Part shown: positions 1-13,500 of the stretch, one piece after another
How positions within the stretch are numbered: position 1 is the stretch's first letter
Layout: every line of letters starts with the position of its first letter
Assembly (NCBI GenBank): GCA_013239625.1
Contig: MU053379.1
Location: 2,834,866-2,898,865, forward strand
DNA from: Lama guanicoe
Taxonomy: Eukaryota
Direction of reading: 5' to 3'
DNA length: 64,000 bases
The notes under the pieces: model-generated
The model's database searches: none
What the model was told of the DNA's origin: nothing
Seen by the model: the letters and a program-made list of their open reading frames with translations, nothing else
Program-made: the position numbers and the translations under genes

Positions 1-769
1 AGAACCCTTCAGACAGACCCCACAAGGGGACCCCAGAGCTACCGAGACCCCAGATGCCTTCCTGTCCCACGCACTCAATTCAGGCCTTGACAAACAGGAT
101 TCAGACAAGTTTTCTGAAAAGAGCTCAGTGTATTTGTAAATACCATCCCTCCTAAGCCAAGTGAAGTTAAGAAGATGGATCTCTCCTTGCTCGAAGCCGC
201 TACTCACCTACACCCTCCTCTAGTGCAGTTCCCACCAGGAAGGAAGGGCAAGCCGCCGGCGGACGGCGAAGGGGCCCTTCAGTGCTGCAGCAATAAAGGA
301 GTAACCAGGCCCGGCGTCCCCGCCAGGCAGCCGGGGCCAGGCCCGTCCGGGGCCCAGAGGCACAGAAGCAGCAGCAGGGTCGCGGAGGGCAGGCAGGAGA
401 CGAGGGCTGGCTCTCAGAGGTTGCCAAGGGCTGACGCTGCTGACTGCTGCCATGAAACTGGAGGCGGGAAAGTCATCTGAAGAGAAGGAAAATGGCCCTG
501 GCAGGACCACCGAGCCTGCGAGAGGAGACGTGCTGGACTCAGGGATGCGGGAGGCCGGGAGCAGAGGCACCATCCTGATGGCCGGCCTCACCTCCATCCT
601 GCCTCCAGCCCGCGGCCTCCGAGCCCGCGCAACAGCCAGGGCTGGGCAGCGCCCCGCGCCCGCTGGACTCTCGGCTTGGGGACGACTGGTAGGAGGCTGG
701 GAGGCCCCATGCTGCATGCGGGGCCTCGGCAAGGTCCTGCCCTCCTGGAGACCATGGCATCCTCCGTAA

Positions 770-850
770 AATGGGCCTGTCACAGAGCCCACCCATTAAA
801 ACACATGAGATAAATGAGACGTATAGTGAAACGTTAGCTAAACAACCGCT
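770..850. mobile_element. MIR-like fragment
   Basis: catcctccgtaaaatggg...atgagataaatg resembles the MIR core. Heavily diverged, boundaries approximate. Confidence 0.4.
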
Positions 851-3800
851 GTTCTCGAACAACTAAACTCATATGTGTTTCCTCTGCCTTTGCAGGGCAC
901 TTAACGTAGTGGGGCTGGAAAAACACATCCTTTGGGAACCAAAGGCATGATGTGGGGCCCTTTTCTGCCGGAAAAGCCCCAAGGTGTGGGGAGGAGGTGG
1001 GGGTTACTTTCTGGAGCCAGTGTCTGCAACAGCCCCTCTGCCCTGAAAACCCTGCCTCTTGGATTTAGCGCTCCTTTTCAGTGATTCGGGGTCCGAGGCC
1101 AGGACGCGGGACCCGGCCTGGTTGCAGCCCCCTCCCAACTTACACTAAGAGGATCGCCTGCCACTGGATTGAGAAAACTGGAAACATTTTTCTCATTTCT
1201 GTTTTCTAACCATGGAACTGACCTGAGGGGGGGGTGGGGGATTAACCGACAGAAAGGCTGCAGGCCACAGTGAGAGCCCCCCTGAATCAACAGTCGGATG
1301 CACAGCTTCAGAGCAATACAACACAGGTAATTGAATTTCATGAAAGGAGCTTTCCAGAGCTGGTTGTTTTTCCCTCCCAGCCTATTGAAACGTACACACC
1401 ACGAGGACAAAGTACAAGGTACCGTTCGGAGGTAATTTCACTTCCGCACATATTTAATGTGCTTCTGGGGAAGAAACATTTCATGGTTCCTCTGCTCAGC
1501 AAACGAAATAAATCAACGTGTTAAGAGAGAGTGATTTTTTTTCCTTGCTGTTTGAGGGGAGGGCCCTTTACTTTCCTATTAACGTGAACTTAATGAACCG
1601 TTTCACATTCAAACCCCCTTAGAAAGGCCGTGATGCCTATTTCTTAATTAAATTTTTTTAAGTCAGATAATGCTAACGTTCTTTTATCCCTCCACACGGG
1701 GAGCCGGGCTTCCAGGAAATTACCGAGAACAAACAGCAACAGAGTGAGGACTTCCAGTGCGTTACACATAGCTGTTTGTGGGGCCTTATACAGGAAGACA
1801 GAGAGAGAAAAATGGCCTGGCCCAGCGTTTTACTACGTGTAATCAGAGAACCCGGCATTTGGGGTTGCCATGGAATTCAGGCCTAAACAAAGTTGATCCT
1901 TTGGGGACAACTTCGTGTGACGCGTGATGCTTCTAAACAGCCAGCCAGCATCATCAAGCCAACACGCCTCAAAGCAAGGCAGCGGCCGCTCCCCCACCTC
2001 CAGAATGGCTTCTACACCTTCCTGCTGAGACTTCACAGCCCGAGCTGAAAGGCTGAGGCCCCGTGTGATGCAGGAGCAGGTACTTGAGGCTCGCTGCTGC
2101 CTCATCCTTGCCCGTCTGATGTTTTTCCGTCCTAATTGCAGCGACAGCATCGGAGCTTTGTCCGCGTTACCTGCTCTGAATAGAGGCCCTCTCGGGCCCC
2201 TTGTCACCGCGTCGGGAAGAAAGCGGGCCCTCGGGTTGGCAGCAGACTTGGACTCTCGCCCCCGGCCATGCTGTGCGATCACGCTGTTTATTCCGCTGTA
2301 ACAATCAGACAGCGCGGGCAGAGCACCTGGTCCTCCCGGCCGGGCCTTCCTTGGCAGCTGACGGGCAACCTCGCTGCCAGGTGGTCGTGCTTCAATGACA
2401 TTAGCTAGCCATTCTAGGGTTAACGAGGACCCACTTTCTTCAGAACGCCCCGGGAAAATCAGTTATTCATAGAGGACAGTATGCCTTTTGTCAATCACTG
2501 AACAATGTTGCTGAAAAAACCCATTAAATTAAATTCTCTTTATTGGACTGAATAATGCAATAGCGATAGCCCCAGCGAGAAGTTTGCACGTTTATTTACC
2601 AAATTTCTGAATAATTTATACATGGATCCTGGCTCTTGCCCATTGAGTGGCCAAATGCTTCTTCGGAGCAGAACAGTGTATCTCGGCCTTCATTTTAATG
2701 TGGGTTAATGCTCACTCACAAAAAAAAAAAAAAAGCAGAATTTAATTGAGTGGCTGGAAAATGAAGTCTCATTTTAACTGAGAATTCACATTCCAATTTT
2801 CTCTTGCAGGAGGACATTCGAATATATTGGCACGAATTTACATCAGATGCTTTTTCTTTGCCTTTCTCTCTGGATCTTTCACATGATCGCCGTTTTCCTG
2901 AAGGAAAGTGGAAGAGCAGGGAACAGCAGGAGGAAGAGTGAAAGGGTGAGAGGCTCTGAGCTGGAGAAGCGCTCAGGTGGCAGGTGCTCCTGGGGCGGGG
3001 AGTGTGGGTGGCATCTGACGGTGGCCTGGACATCCCCTCCCACCCCGAGACCTGCTCCCGGGGCCTCGGCGGCAGACAGGAGCCCCCTTCCCCCCTCTTC
3101 CTTCGCTTCCCTCCCCCAGGGGCTGAGGTGGGTCCCTGGAGGAGGCCTCCTGCCCCTCCCGTACGTGCTTCAGTGTCTGCCCTGCAGTTAGACGCCCAGG
3201 CGGCCTCAGACCTGGGGCTGCACGGACTGAACGTGCAGAGAAGGCTGAAATGGAAGAAAGTCTGGGGCGCACAGGGAGACCAAGCAGTCACTTAGAGAGC
3301 GCTGTCCTGGGGCCTGGCCTTAGCTGTTGGGGAGGTCATTTTAAAACAGGATTTTTTTTTTAATTCGGAGGTAGCATTAACAAAAACATCAGCCAAATGT
3401 ACATACTTGTTATCAAAAAGGACAAAAGCCAAGCAAAGAAAACATTTCTATTCGATTTCACTTTCATTTAAAACAATGCTGCCTTTCTTTCAGAGATAAA
3501 GAAGAGTGTCTGAACAAACTGAGGAAGAGAGGTGTCAATTTTAGTTGATACGCAAATTCCAAGTCCTGGATGAGAATATTTTTAGTGCTGAGAGATCATG
3601 CAGTTGGGAAGCTGAGGGTGTTGGCAAGCTCAGGGGCTAAGGATGTGAACTCCTCCTGGCACACGGCTGGCCCAGAGCTCGGCCGAGAACCCAGCCTCCA
3701 TCAGCGCTGAGCCTCCTCTCCTGTAGAACAGATAACCCCACTGCGGAGTGACAACTGAGACGACCGAACGCATCCCACACGTCTCAAGGGCTCGCTGAGT

Positions 3801-5374
3801 GGGACTGGCCAGAGGATGCTCTGTGAGAACTCCTCAACTGGGGGCCTCTCTGCTCCCCGGGTCCTGACGGACTCCGGCTGGGGGCAGGTGCTCCGCCCTC
3901 CAGTCCCGTCCTGTAACCACCTCCCCGGCTTCCTCTGCAGCAAAACCTCAAAAGCAAAAGCAGCCTGAAACCCAGATCCAGAATAGAGCCAGCGCCAAAG
4001 AGAAACTTTCTTGTTTGTCGGCTGATGAAACTTCAAGGGCGTGGACCAGAACTGGGCATTTGGAAAATGTTTTAGTTTTGTCTCCTGATCATTTCTGATG
4101 AGCTCTCTGGCTTTGCCTTGGCATTCATCTTCCTGAGGCGGCCCGCAGCCCAGTCACCGCGGATGGCTCTCGTGACACTAGCCCTGGATTCTAAGACCAC
4201 CTGGAACGAGGCTCCCACTCAAAGGCATGAGGATGCGCTGGGGCCGGGCGGACGCTCTTCTGAGGCTGGAAAACAATGGCTGACACTTCCGTGGGGACAG
4301 GCAGACGGCACATCAAAGGCGGCCCTTTGATAAGAGAAAAATCGTGTGATGCCCACTTCAGTCGTGCTGAAAATCTATGCACAAACTGAACCCAATTTCA
4401 TTTTTCACATAAATGCTGAGGCTTGATACAAGGACGTCTTTTGCTTTACAGGTAAAAGACAAGGAGACAGAGATGTGCTGGTGCAGCCTTCGCACTCTTT
4501 CAGGCAATTTCAATGGCCGCGATACTTAACCACGGAGACGAGGGCAGGGACGCGACAATAGCTGCATTTAAAGCCTTCTGACTAAAACCAGTCATTGTCA
4601 CAGATTAAAGAAAGGCATTAATACCCACATTTTCTTGAAAGCTGCGCCGCGTTTATACTTTAACCCTTTGATCAATTAACAAAGGTCTGGAAAGGTAAGA
4701 TGGTGCCCTTGCAAGGGCTCCACAATGACGGTGGCATGGGGATGCGACTGAAGGGGGTCGGATTCGGCTCCTGGATGTGGAAGGATGTGGAATAAGCATC
4801 TCTCTGGGCAGGGATGGGGGGACATTCTCCACGAGCAGATGCCCTGGAATGGAGGGAGTCCAGGCAGTGACTCGTCTGCCGCTGTGTTATTTTGGGCAGA
4901 CTATGAAACGGTGTCTCCAGATGCCTCCTGCCCTCCGCCGTCCTCTCCTTGCATCTCTGGGTCCCTCTAGAGTCTTGGGGGTTCCACGACAGGTGCCCTG
5001 CTTGTGGAGCTGCTGCTGTTCGCCCTTCGTGGTTTCTGGCCAACTTCCCAGCATCTGCACCTCCCTCCTGCTGGCCAGGGTGCCAGCCTGTCTAACCACG
5101 TGACAGTCCTGTGCAGTGGAGTCCCGGCTCCCGGCCCAGCACCACTGCTCACCCAGCTGTGCGCCCGCGAGGAAGGCAAGCACCTTGGTCTCCTCAACGT
5201 TGTCCTATAGGAGGCACTGGGGACCACGCCCAGCACACACTAAGCCCCAAGCCCCAGAGGGAGGTCCACTTCTGTCTGCCACTCCCGATTCCTGACCTCC
5301 TCTCCCTGGAGCAGCACAAGCCCCTCTTCCCGTTCCCCGGGGCATCCGTGACTCCCTGAGAAGGGCCCGCCCAA

Positions 5375-5523
5375 CGCCTGGCAGTGCATCAGGATCACCT
5401 GGTGATTACTCAGCGGGGAGAACTCCCCACCCCAAGCCGAGGCGACCAGGATCCATGGGGTGGGCCCTGAGCACCAGTGAACGCTGCAGTTCCCCAGGTG
5501 ATCCTAGGGGGAAACCACGGCTA
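5375..5523. mobile_element. MER5A-like hAT-Charlie DNA transposon relic
   Basis: gcatcaggatcacctgg...ggggtgggccctgag...tccccaggtgatcct resembles recalled MER5A. Confidence 0.6.
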
Positions 5524-6933
5524 AAGGCAACGCACACAAGCAGTGCCCCTGCAGCAGCGGCTGCAGAAAAGGAGGGCACGACCTCCCAGGGCCGGAAGCT
5601 GGGCCTGAGAGCCCCGCAAGCAGGATGTCTTATCTCAGAAATAAGGCACATTCATGGCTTGTGTTTACTTTAATAAAAAAGGTTGTGAATGATTAACCAC
5701 CGAGCATGGCTGACGACCTGCAAAGACAGGTCTGCTTCTCGGGGGACCTGCCTGTACCTGGCTCACCTCCTGGTTCCCAGTCTGAGAAGCTCTAACGTCG
5801 TGTCAGGGTATCCCAGGAGCGCCCAAGTCTTGAAAGGAGATTCACAAAGACAGGGAAGCCTGCTGCACCCGCAGGGCTGGAGTCAGGAAGGTGGGAGGGC
5901 AGACGGCAGGACAAGTATATTGGTCTGAGGTTGGCTCTGGGTACAAGGGCCACTGAGTGATGTTCCCTGTGCAGCTGGAACTGGAAGCTCAGGAGAGCCT
6001 TTAACCCCTTCCCGGCTTTGGCTCCATTCATGACTTGGAGAAGCCAACATCTGGAAAGGACTGCTCCTACAAAATCCTCTTTTAAAAATGAACCAAAAGC
6101 AGAAAAGACCAATCACCTCCTCTCTGACCACCCCAAACAAGGCTATCTTCCCCCGCGGCCAGTTGGCAGGAACAAGAAAGAGCAGGTCTCAAAAGTGCCC
6201 CCCCGCCCCCACCCTGCACTGAACACTGTGTTACCTTGAGCTGTCGGATGGGCCTTAAGACTCACATGTCAGTGCAATCCAAATTACAAATACATTTTTA
6301 TCGGTTTGTCCAATGCATTTGCCACTCTGACAACCAGCCTGTAGAGAGGTACACTCTTAAGAGGAACTGACAAAATCCAGCAACTGCTCTGAAAGACGCA
6401 CTAAGAAGATCTGAATTTGTAAGCATTTCCTGAAAAGCTGAAATCACAATAGAGCCAAAGCCAATGTAGTCCCAAGCACTGAACAATGCCCGCCTGTTTT
6501 CGGGAAAAAAAAAAAAAAGAATGACTGAATTTACAAATGTAGTCTCTTCTCAGCGCCAAGAACATTTCCCTGATGTAGGAGCCCCTCGCCCCCTCGAACC
6601 CGAGCTCTGGGCAGCAGCGTTTGATATCCCTACCGAACCACCTGCTCTTCTTAGAGATCAAAGCTGGGCCCTCAGGTTGCTGGGTGGGTGTGCATGCGTC
6701 TAGCTAGCAGGCATGTACAGGTAAAGACTCGAAGTTACAAAACAAAAATTGGAGATTTGTTTCCCTCAATTTTTCCATGTTGAGAGTTTCACGTGAAAAC
6801 TATTCAGAGAAACAAGACACAGTTCTAAACTAACTGTAAATTAAAGACACGCGGTGGCAAGTTATACACCCTTGTGTGGAAAGGATCGCCTCTTCTTACA
6901 GTGAAAGATGCATCAAGCCATGTTTTGAAATTA

Positions 6934-7030
6934 ATGAGAAGGAGAGGAGGAGGGGGGAGGAGCTGGAGGAGGAGGGAGGGGAAGGAGGAGAGAGAGAAGA
7001 GAAGAGGATGGGGGAGGAGGAGGAGCAGGA
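6934..7030 (+). repeat. Purine-rich (GGA/GAG) low-complexity tract
   Basis: Almost pure A/G run seen directly. Confidence 0.85.
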
Positions 7031-8094
7031 ACAATCACACCCCATGACATCACAGGACACTGGTGGAAACCAACTGAAGTCATACAGCAAGGAGGTGAGA
7101 TTGCGCTGGCCAGCACCCCCGCCCCCTGCCCGGTGACACAGGACACGGCTGACTCCAGCCGCCTCAGGAACAGCGCAGAGGCCAAACATTCCATGATGCC
7201 CAATGGTTTTACATAAATGACGATGTGACTTAATGCACTGGGCTAGGTCCCGCAATTTCAAAATATCTGGGCCACAATGGGGTGGGAACACTGGGTAACC
7301 TCCCCAGAGTGACAAATCACCCATCTGCTCAGGCTGTCTGTGCCCAAATGCACCTTCTAGGGCCGGATCCGGATCTGAAGCTCTCTGGCTGCAGCGGTTC
7401 CACTGGGCTTTGGTTTGATGGCTCATTTGTCTGGATGCAAAACCCACTTACACTGGTCTCCTGGCTGATGGGCAGGGATGCTATTTTAATTATTTTGCTT
7501 GTAGATTTTTAACATGTTTAATAAAAATTGCACGTAAGGCAGAGATATGTTTTTTCTATTTAGAACTTTCACTGCAATGATATACAGGTGATCTGAGTCC
7601 CCATTTGGTGGGTCGGTAAGGGAAGGAGGGCCATGCACTGCCCGGCACCAGCAGGTGTTAGCTGCGGGGGCCTGAGCCAGTCTGGAGAGCTGGCGAACCT
7701 GGCAGGCCACTTGAGAGTGTCCCAGGTAAGACGTATTTCATTTGTCAACTGATTTGTAAAGACCTTGTTACACAACAGGGTTGGAGACACTGCCTACAAC
7801 AACAATAATAAAATAGCATTCATTGGGCACAGTGCCCAGAGAAACCAGCCACACAAGTATGAGGTCAGAGGGAAAGGATGGTCCCAGAGAGAGAGAGATC
7901 AAAATGGCTCAAGACACAGTGACCTCAACAACCAGGGTTCCCGGAAGGAGCAGCCTTGCAGACACCCTCTGGGTTCCGGCAGGCGTCCTGCCAGGGGGTC
8001 GAATCCTCCCCACGGGCCTCCATGCACACAGACTGCTCTGCACAGTTAACTGAGGTGATGCTCACATGTAACACACATTTTTGGAATCCAAACA

Positions 8095-8176
8095 ACTAGG
8101 CTGAACTATATGAAAATGCCTTTTTTACTAGGTCAAAAGTAGTTAAATGTTAGCCACTTGATGGATTTCAACCCAA
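8095..8176. mobile_element. MADE2-like mariner-derived MITE (~80 bp)
   Basis: taggctgaactatatgaaaatgcc...taggtcaaaa...ttcaacccaa matches recalled MADE2, with imperfect terminal inverted repeats. Confidence 0.7.
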
Positions 8177-9954
8177 CTTGATGGATTTCAACCCAATTTC
8201 AAACAAGGTGTTGAGCTCATCTTGCAGCCTGGCTCTGGCTTTTCACCTCCATGAAGCTATTTTTCTGAGCATCTTTGGAGGGGATGAGGTGGGGCAGTTC
8301 TGGATCAGGCCATGCTGCAGGGGCCTCAGGATCCCCGCCCGCATCAAGGATGTCTCCGTGGAGAGTCTTACCATTTTCCCAGAAGAAAGGGATCATTTCT
8401 ATTCTATCACCTTTAATAAAATCTGTGCTACCGAGTTTCTCAGGCAACGTCATGAAACAGATACTGGAAAACAGTGATGGCGTTTCTGGCCTTCAAGCAT
8501 TTCCTCTTACTTTAATCTCAGGAGGGAACATCTCAAAATCACAAGTATCTTTTCATCACATTGAAAGGAAATACAGCTTTTTTTATATGGGTCTCTACTC
8601 TCCCCTAAGAGAAGAGAAAGACATTATAAAAATTCATTAATAACTTACTCAAAAAGAGCTATCTGACTTCGGGTTTATGAATACATAATGAAAGAAAAAG
8701 TAAATGTGCTTTCAAGTCATGACTTAACAGAAGTTGGGTGAGTCCACAGCCAACACAGAGCACGGCCGGCTTTCTAGAACCTCAACCCAGAGACCTTGGA
8801 ATGCGGGTCCCATTCAGCAACCTGAGAAGATGGGGAGCTTTTCACATGCAGAGAGCACACGAGGAAGTTCATTAACTAAACAGCGCGGGTGGAGCAGATG
8901 GATGCTACCTGTGCTCCAACGACGCTAAGTTCGGACAGAGGTTTGTAGTCCTTAATGAGGCTCCATAAAATGAATGATTACATAGTGATCACAAGGAAAC
9001 AAGCCTGCAGAAGGGCTGGGTATCAGGGCAACAAGTCCTGCAACATGGTAACAAGACCAGCATGTGAGAGAAAGTATCCAACACACAAAACCTCCCAGGT
9101 CACTCCAGCCCAGCCCAGCCGCAGGGCTGAGGCAGGCGGTCCAGTCTATGAAGGGTTAAGCTTGAAATGACAGTTAGTGGGGCAATAATACAAAAATGCC
9201 TGGCCGTGGAAATGAACGGAACAGAAACCTTTATGTCACATATTAAGCGCATTATTGAGAATGAGACACTCAAGTTTCCCTTTATCTGTACAGAAAGAGA
9301 TGCAAAATGCCAGGGGCCTGGGCTTTTCAAACTGAAAGGGTTAGCAAAAGCGGCTATCCAGAAAGTGTGGGCATCAAGATTACTTTTTAATGATACCTTT
9401 CTCCATATCACTAATTAACTCTACTTTTTCAGTGATGTCAAACTCTTAACTTTTTTTTTTCCTCCTTTTTGGGTCCTAATTAACCTTTGCTGCACATAGC
9501 CTTGTGTATCCACTCAAAAGGTATTTTTTGGATGTGTGGGTAGAGTAGAAATTATTTTCAGGGTAAAAAATTGCTATATATATGTTATTGTCCAGAACAT
9601 AAAACTCAGAAAATAAGAATATATTTCTTCAGAATGATCTATTATGTTTTCCAATTTAGACAGAATATAATCTCATGAACAGAAATGGAAAACTTTGGAA
9701 CAAGACTATTCAGAGGACACAGGGCAACTACGCACTGCAGAGCAGCTGCAGGGGTCACAGTCGTTAACGGGGACCCCGCTTCTGTCTCCGTGGCCCCCAC
9801 TGGGATGCTCCACATCGCGATGCCGGGTCCTTACTTCCCCGGCTTCGATTTTTCTTTTTTCTCAGTACACATGACCTTTACTGCAAGTTCAAATCTATTT
9901 TTGAAAGAGGCAGAATATAAACGGGTTCAACATATACAAATGAACGTCTCTCTC

Positions 9955-10548
9955 ACATCCATCTTCTCATACAGATACAATAAAAGGAAAAAAATAAGAA
10001 GAGAAAAAAGGGAAAAAACTCTCCTTGTGATGAGAACTCTTAGGAGTTACTCTTTTAACGACTTTCCTTTCCCGTGCGGCTGTGCTAACTGCAGTCACCG
10101 TGTTGTACATTACATCCCTGGTACTTATCTATCCTGTAACTGACCAGCTTCCTCCAATTCCCACCCCTCCCCGTCACAAGTCTGATCTCTTTTTGTATGA
10201 CCTGTGTTTTTAGACTCCACATGTGCAATCACACAGGATCACAGTATTTGTCTGCCTTACTTCACTCAGCCTGATGCCTTCAAAGTCCATCCATGTTGTC
10301 ACAAAGGGTAGGACTAACCCGTTTTTTAATGGCTGAGTAACATTCCGTTGTATATATACACACCATAACTTGTGCATCTTCGATGGCCACTTAGGTTGTT
10401 TCCATCTCTGGGCTACTGTAAATAATGTTGCTATGAACACAGGGGTGCATGTATCTTTTTGAGTTAGTGTTTCTATTTCCTTTGGATGTATTCCCAAAAG
10501 TGGAATTGCTGTATGATACTGCAGTTCTATTTTCAACATTTTGAGGAT
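9955..10548 (-). mobile_element. LINE-1 3' fragment (L1MA-type; ORF2 C-terminus plus 3'UTR)
   Basis: ORF 10210..10551 reads LKIELQYHTAIPLLGIHPKE...WKQPK, the L1 ORF2p C-terminus. Confidence 0.9.
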
Positions 10549-13500
10549 CAAAGCTACATAATTTTGATGGCCTCCTGTTCTTAGGTCAAAAACGTGGACT
10601 GCTGAGAGAGCAGAGGGGCCTCAGAGCCAGGCTGGTCTGGGCTCCCATCCTGGCCCTCTCTGGGCTATGGGGCCTTGGCCAAGACTCCTGCTTCCTCCAG
10701 ATTCACTGTCTCCATCTGTGCGGCTGGATGAACACAGACCGATTCTGCAGGGATGTCGCTAAGAGTGGGAACAGTGGACCAATTGTCCATGTCTCCCGTG
10801 TGCCTTTGACTGGCTGTGCCCCTGCACGCTGCCCACCACTGTCCCAGACTCCCTTCTGGTCCCTCCGGGGACAACAGAACAGTTTATTGGTCACATGCAG
10901 ACATGAACTGCTGACGAAGAGTAGTGTCCCCACTTCTCTCCGTATGTAATTATTTGTATATTCCACTGCATTTCACCCACATTTAATAACAGTGGAAACA
11001 GGAGAAACCCCAACATTCCAGCACTACTCACAGTAGACAGAGCCCTCAAACCCCAAGCAGTGGGAGCGAAACTGGAAATTCTTTCCTGGGTAAACTCAAG
11101 AAAGATATTTTTAAAACTTCAGTACCTTTTCGGTTTTAATTTAACTGTCACGGTGGATTTTAGGCGTCTAATGAGTCTGCAGGCTCACAGAACGCACACC
11201 AGCTCGTTCCCAATGGCAGGAACACTGGAAACAAGCTGGAACAGCAGCACGTCAGACACCAGGACCGAGAGCACGCACTGCGGAAGCCGAGCAACTGTGT
11301 GTCACTTTCTGAAAAATCAGAACGCCTTTTATAAGACGTCAGATGCACATTTGAATTCGTGTCTGTAGAAGAGAAAGCAAAAACTTTGACTTTGAAAATG
11401 TAACCAAAAGGAAATATCTAAGGAGCACAGGAGCCTCCAATCCCGTCCCCCAAGGAGGTCACAAAAAGGAACCTATCAAAAAAAAAAACAAACCCTGCAT
11501 CATCCTCCCAGGGCGAAGCTGCTTAAAAATTCACGTATCCGCCAAACTCGATCGCGAAGGCTCTCACGTGCCAGGCTGACTACGCACGCTCAGTGATTCG
11601 GCCTGTAATTAGAAACTGCCCAATCATTTATGTTGGCAATTCTTGACTCTGAACTATTAAATGATATGTTCAATAAAGGATGATTTATAAAAGAATCATC
11701 ATTTTGATCATTAATTCAAAAGGAGTCCTGATCGTATAAGGGCAAATAATATAAAGTCTCAGATTAAATTAAATCTATAAGCACCAAGGATCCTAAATAA
11801 TTTAGTGGAAAATTTTAAAGAAGATTCCCATGTATTTATTATATAGTTTGGAAAAAAAAGTTCGTTCCAATGCAAATGTATAATCCAAATCTGTTTGGGT
11901 GGAATTTGACTGTTTGAACGAGCAGCGCACTGGGTGTACTGGGAGACACCGCAATATATCCCACGGAAGGGTCAACACCCCGGGCACCTGGAGACATTCT
12001 CATGTGAAATGCTCTGTAACCGAACCAACACGGCAGCAGCAGTAGCTTCTAGGGAAATTTTAAAAGAGAAAGTTAATTTACAAACGGTTTCTAGTGTCCT
12101 ACAAAGGCAGTGCTTTCCGATTGGTTTTCTAATAAACAGATGAAACAACAAAAAATCAATCTGCCAAACTGTTAGACTCCTCCATTGTGGGAAAGGAACA
12201 AAGTTGAAACTTAAAAATTCCCTTTCTCTGGAGGAAAAAAAAAAAAAGTCCAGAAATTAAAAAGCAATCTCAACCCAGAGCAAAGCAAGACACTCGTATG
12301 TTTTCAGTATGACTAACACATTTTATATAGCCACCCAGAGGCCACCTTTCCAGAGCCTCGCAACTGAAAGACTTTTCAGCCGCAGGGGTTAAAAGTGTGG
12401 GTGTGGAAGTCAGCTTTTGTCTGAAAAATTAGCAATGCTATGAGTCACCGTGCAGGAGCGGCAGAAGAGTTTTGCATCTTGCCCGGACCCAGACACCATA
12501 TGCCATGCAAAGGCCTATTACTTTATTCGGTGCCACCGCTGACAGGCGGCCACGTGGGTATCCCCAGCGGAAGGGCTGTCTCCTCCCAGCGGCGAGGACA
12601 GGAACCCAGCGAGCTGAACACATCCGACATTGTGCAGAGCAGCGGGAACAGCTGGTGAGCTTGAGCGGCAACGGCCAAGCCGAGCGCGGATGCTAATGAG
12701 CCCGGCGACAATGCAGGCCTCCAGGCAGGCGACGGCCGTGGCCCGAGTCCCCACAACAGCCTCCGGAGCAGATCTGCCCTTTCATGCCTTTAGTCTCATT
12801 AAAACAGGGTCCTAGTATTTGTGGTTTATCAAAATCGGTTATAAGTCACATCTTAGAAACCCACCCAGCAGACCTGACACGCTGGAAAAGCTGCAGGGAC
12901 AGGGACGCATGACGCCATGGGCATCGGCAGGTGCCCCAAGCGGGCAGGCGGGGCCGCTGCCGGGTTGGTCCCGGGCTCATCACAGACAACTGTGTGGCCT
13001 CGGCCACATTATTTAATCTCTCCGGGCCTCGGGGCCTTGCCTACGTTCTCAAACACAATCAAATGTATAACAGATTTTATTATACAAGACTCTGCACTAC
13101 GTCTGTGTAATACAGTAAAATAGGGTACTAACTGTGGGTTTGAGCCCCCAGTGGCATCTGGGGTCCCCAGACCACTAAGTTCTTTGAAGGTTCCAGGTTC
13201 ATGGAGCGTTCTGCTCTGCCGAAGGCCTTTACTTCCGCTGACCGCTCCTTCCTTTGACCAGATCCCGTGACTGCGAGTCACCGGCCAAATGCCAGGTCAG
13301 AGGCCCCTCCCCGGAACGCCCTCCTCGGGGCTCTTCCATCCTAGCCATCAGGAAGCCCTGCAGACACCTCTCTTCCTTACTGTTTTCCATCCCATCCCAG
13401 AGCCCCGTGAGGACGGATACCCTGCCTTCCCCTGGCGGCGCCCCAGCAGCAGTGCGGCTCCCTGCACACGGGAAGTGGCCGGCGGGCACCTTGCAGGATG

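Noticed and set aside
140..175. Minus strand TTCTTAAC followed by ...CTTAG as the U12 3' splice site
   Set aside because: The sequence after the AG (GAGGGATGG) does not encode the expected RALGAPA2 continuation.
10210..10551. L1 ORF2-like ORFs, also at 16291, 45948 and 59055
   Set aside because: Short fragments of truncated L1 copies. No intact ORF1 or ORF2 in the window.
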